Assembly: GCA_021613535.1 (NCBI GenBank)
Contig: CP075494.1
Coordinates: 1,240,001-1,304,000 of the forward strand
Source: Adineta vaga
Lineage: Eukaryota > Animalia > Rotifera
Length of the DNA: 64,000 bases
Reading direction: 5' to 3'
A program made the position numbers and the translations under genes. This document shows, in pieces, positions 62,052 through 64,000 of the stretch. The notes beneath the pieces were generated by a model, which had not been told where the DNA came from, ran no database searches, and saw nothing but the letters and a program-made list of their open reading frames with translations. Positions within the stretch are counted from its first letter, which is position 1, and the number at the start of each line of letters is the position of its first letter.

Positions 62052-64000
62052 AGGGGGGCCGCGATGGTCGTACCTCCCTCACCTCAATCAATCCATCACT
62101 GATCATCATCTCTACACAAATCAATGGTAATACTATTCCCGCAATGGTTGATACAGGTGCCACTCATACATTGATCACATATTCACTTCTTAAATCCATT
62201 TCTTCTGCTCGCATAAAAAAATCTTTTACTGCTACTGCTACGCTTGGTGATGCCTCTACTACTATCCAAATTCATGGTCTGGTTCATCTATGTATATATA
62301 TCAATCATATACCTACGCATGTTTCAGCATTTGTTGTCGATTCCTTAGGTGTCAATCTTATTCTTGGACTTGATTGGTGTCGTACATATGATGTCGCAAT
62401 CCATGTTCGCCAACAACAACTTGTCCTCCACCATCCTCGATTTGGCCACACTATAGTCTCATTTGAAGATCACATTTCAATTCCTGTTCGTCTTAAACAA
62501 TCAATTCAGCTGGCTCCTCATCATGAACATGTTGTGACATTAATCACGCCTTTGTCTTCTGCTCTTCAAGTAGCTTACGCACCTATATCAAACTTTTGTA
62601 AACGAAAGAACATTTTTATTCCAGAAGCGATATTAAATATTAAGTCTTTTGAAACTTCTATTATCATTTCTAATCTTGTCCAAACTCCATGTACGTTGCG
62701 CAAAGATACAATTCTCGGGTCTATCACTTTCTTTCCTAGTCTATCTACTTCAGTCAAAGTCAGCGATCTTTCTTCTTCTCACTCTAAAATCTCTTCCGTC
62801 AGTCTCTCATCTGTCATGACTAGCGTAACTAAAGAAGTAGATTCAGTCATTCAGACCTTAGTTTCCTCTATATCTGATCCAATTGAACAAGCTGCTTTCT
62901 CTACCATCCTTCAACGACATCGTCGAGTATTTGATTCATCTAAACATTCCATTGCCAAAACCAAACTTCCACACGTTATCATCACAGGAGATCATTCACC
63001 GATTAGCGTTCGTCCTTACTATCGCAATACTCAACAGCGCAAAGAACTTCAACAAGAAATCGACAAACTTATCCTAGATAACATTGTTCGGGCCTCAACT
63101 TCTCCATGGTCTTCTCCAGCTTTATTAAAAAAGAAACCAGATGGCACGTTCCGTTTTCTCGTCGATTTCCGCCGGCTAAACAAAATCACGAAGAAAGATG
63201 CATATCCACAACCTTCAGCCGAAGAATTAATCTATCGTCTTTCAGGGCACAATTACTTCACTAAACTTGATCTAAAAAGTGGTTATTTCCAAATTCCTAT
63301 CGCCGAAGCGGACAAAGAAAAGACAGCATTCGTAACACCTGATGGTCATTATGAATTTAATGTCCTTCCTCAAGGTCTTATGAATGCTCCCGCCAGTTTT
63401 CAGCGCGTCATGAACAATCTTCTTGCCACTGGTCGTTGGGATTACGTCGTCATCTATCTTGATGACATAGTCGTCTTCTCTCATTCATTGGAAGAACATG
63501 AACGCCACGTCAATGAAGTCCTATCCATTCTAAATAATGCTCACTTTAAAGTTTCTCCATCTAAATGCACAATTGCTGCAAGAAAAATCGAGTTCCTTGG
63601 CCACGTAGTCACTCCGACTACCGTCGAACCGTCACCTGATAAACTACAAGCCATCCTCGATATTTCTCCACCACGCACATTATCACAAGCTAACAGATTC
63701 CTTGGTAAAGTTGGCTACTATCGTAAATTTATAGACGATTTTGCAAATATCGCTGCTCCGCTGCACAAAGTCACCAATAAAACTCGTACCAAGCGACATG
63801 AGTTTTACTGGCATGCAGAACAACAAGCTGCGTTTGAAAAATTTAAGAAAATTCTCACTAGTGCTCCACTATTTCTTCACTTTCCAGATCCTTCTCTTCC
63901 TTTCATTTTATCTACTGATGCTAGTCTTACACGTATCGCTGGTGTGCTCAAACAAAATACTCCTAGTGGTATGAAGATCTGCTATTATAAATCACGACTG
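62039..64000 (+). CDS. pol: Retrotransposon Pol (protease, RT, start of RNase H), -1 frame to gag, open to the window end
   Basis: AMVDTGA protease; DLKSGYFQ, LPQGLMNAP and YLDD (63455) RT; STDAS RNase H. Absent from the ORF track because no stop occurs in the window. Confidence 0.93.

Larger units (their letters stand above)
60646..64000 (+). mobile_element. Ty3/Gypsy LTR retrotransposon, 5' part (runs off the window)
   Basis: TG..CA putative LTR, PBS, gag with CCHC knuckle, pol in order protease-RT-RNase H. Confidence 0.95.

Overview
AT-rich eukaryotic DNA with short (~50-70 nt) GT-AG introns. Gene families, intron style and TGTGGG-type motifs suggest a bdelloid rotifer (inference). The left 22 kb holds small genes, many damaged: a secreted beta-sandwich protein, a frameshifted secreted protein, an intron-containing YvgO-like gene, a frameshifted bacterial-type EEP gene, a three-module membrane-protein gene split by a transposon, a DUSP12-like phosphatase and a RING-B-box-coiled-coil-LRR pseudogene. 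Two near-identical 4.66-kb Kolobok-type DNA transposons (TTAA target duplications) lie at 10735-15389 and 22644-27302. A single ~29-kb minus-strand gene (27450-56418) encodes a ~9,550-aa midasin-related giant: six AAA modules, Ig-like domains, a hydrophobic hairpin, a Gly/Ser tether and three vWA domains. Several MITEs and the 5' part of a Ty3/Gypsy LTR element follow. The two leading candidates for undescribed biology are the giant AAA-vWA protein and a dispersed family of about 10 short inverted telomere-like hairpins (TGTGGG arm, variable spacer, CCCACA arm) found mostly at gene 3' ends.
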